Source: an uncultured Candidatus Bathyarchaeia archaeon (GTDB lineage Archaea > Thermoproteota > Bathyarchaeia > TCS64). From it: DNA of 24,896 nucleotides. The stretch covers positions 1-24,896 of the forward strand of contig CAZQOX010000001.1 of NCBI GenBank assembly GCA_964594895.1, read 5' to 3'. A program made the position numbers and the translations under genes. Below the pieces are notes generated by a model that was given only the letters and a program-made list of their open reading frames with translations, was not told the DNA's origin and ran no database searches. This document shows, one piece after another, positions 24,374-24,896 of this stretch (position 1 is the first letter of the stretch; every line of letters starts with the position of its first letter).

Positions 24374-24637
24374 ATGCTTTGGATGGACGAGGAACCGAGG
24401 AACGGGTTGTCCCCTGACGCCAAGAAGGCTCTTTTTAGGCACCTGATACAGAGGTACCCGAGGCTGACTGTGAAGATCCTCCTGGGTTTCAACCCGGACG
24501 GCTTGGACCGACTGACCATCGCCCTGGGTCATGGCTCCGAGTACGACTGCAGGCTGCTGGGAGACCAGGGGTTCAGGGAGGCCGAAGTCAGGCGGTACAT
24601 GAGGGAGATCAAAGCCACTAATGCTACCTCCATGTAA
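24374..24637 (+). CDS. Hypothetical protein (87 aa)
   Basis: Open frame with GC-rich third positions and globular-protein composition, same strand as its neighbours; no recognised motif. Confidence 0.55.
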   Translation: MLWMDEEPRNGLSPDAKKALFRHLIQRYPRLTVKILLGFNPDGLDRLTIALGHGSEYDCRLLGDQGFREAEVRRYMREIKATNATSM

Positions 24638-24896
24638 CAAGAAAAATCGACGCGCCAAGTCACCCAAACACACCATCATCTAAGGGGGGAGGGGGGGGTA
24701 GACGAGAAAAGGCGTACAGACGCCCCTTCCACCGAAAGAACCCCCAGAAACACCTCTTTCAGATCCAATCATATACAAAAGTGTCATCCACCGAACATAA
24801 AAACACGCCCCAAAAACGCTAATTCCTAGTGACACGGATAGTGAATTTCTCGCAGTATAACAAAAACGGTACTGGATAAATAATTTGTCATCGATT

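Noticed and set aside
24684-24698. G6-A-G8 tract as G-quadruplex or phase-variation site
   Set aside because: Only two G-runs, intergenic, with no downstream gene in the window to link it to; may be low-complexity or assembly noise.
1-24896. CRISPR arrays, tRNA/rRNA genes, IS elements, integrases
   Set aside because: I saw no regularly spaced repeats, tRNA arm motifs, transposase or integrase motifs, or terminal inverted repeats by eye; tRNAscan and Infernal would be needed to exclude small RNAs.

Overview
GC-rich (roughly 55-60% in genes, AT-rich spacers), gene-dense chromosomal window that looks archaeal: TATA-like boxes, oligo-T 3' ends, frequent TTG/GTG starts, Lrp regulators, Pab87-like peptidase. 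The gene style suggests Bathyarchaeia, but that is inference. Left (minus strand, 1-~5573): a coupled operon of a giant membrane protein with TWO transglutaminase-like modules plus Ig-like repeats, a polytopic membrane protein and a MoxR AAA+ ATPase that runs off the window edge and is missing from the ORF track. Centre (plus strand, 6021-13084): a six-gene, translationally coupled redox operon hdrC-hdrB-hdrA(short)-hdrA::mvhD-nfnA-nfnB. It has two complementary HdrA halves, no hydrogenase, formate dehydrogenase or Flox genes, and an NfnA with altered NAD-binding motifs. This is the best candidate for an undescribed system, a possible NADPH-coupled Hdr-Nfn electron-bifurcating assembly. It is followed by a divergent pair of Lrp-family genes with a repeated operator-like motif. 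Right: a membrane-anchored coiled-coil protein, three MFS transporters, an FMN-binding split-barrel protein, an MscL whose cytoplasmic helix appears moved to the N-terminus, an unannotated gene remnant, a serine peptidase, a CBS-pair protein, a TIGR04076-like protein, PfpI/DJ-1, an ATC-hydrolase-like protein and several micro-ORFs. I saw no rRNA, tRNA, CRISPR array or mobile element. All family assignments come from motif recognition by eye; no searches were run.
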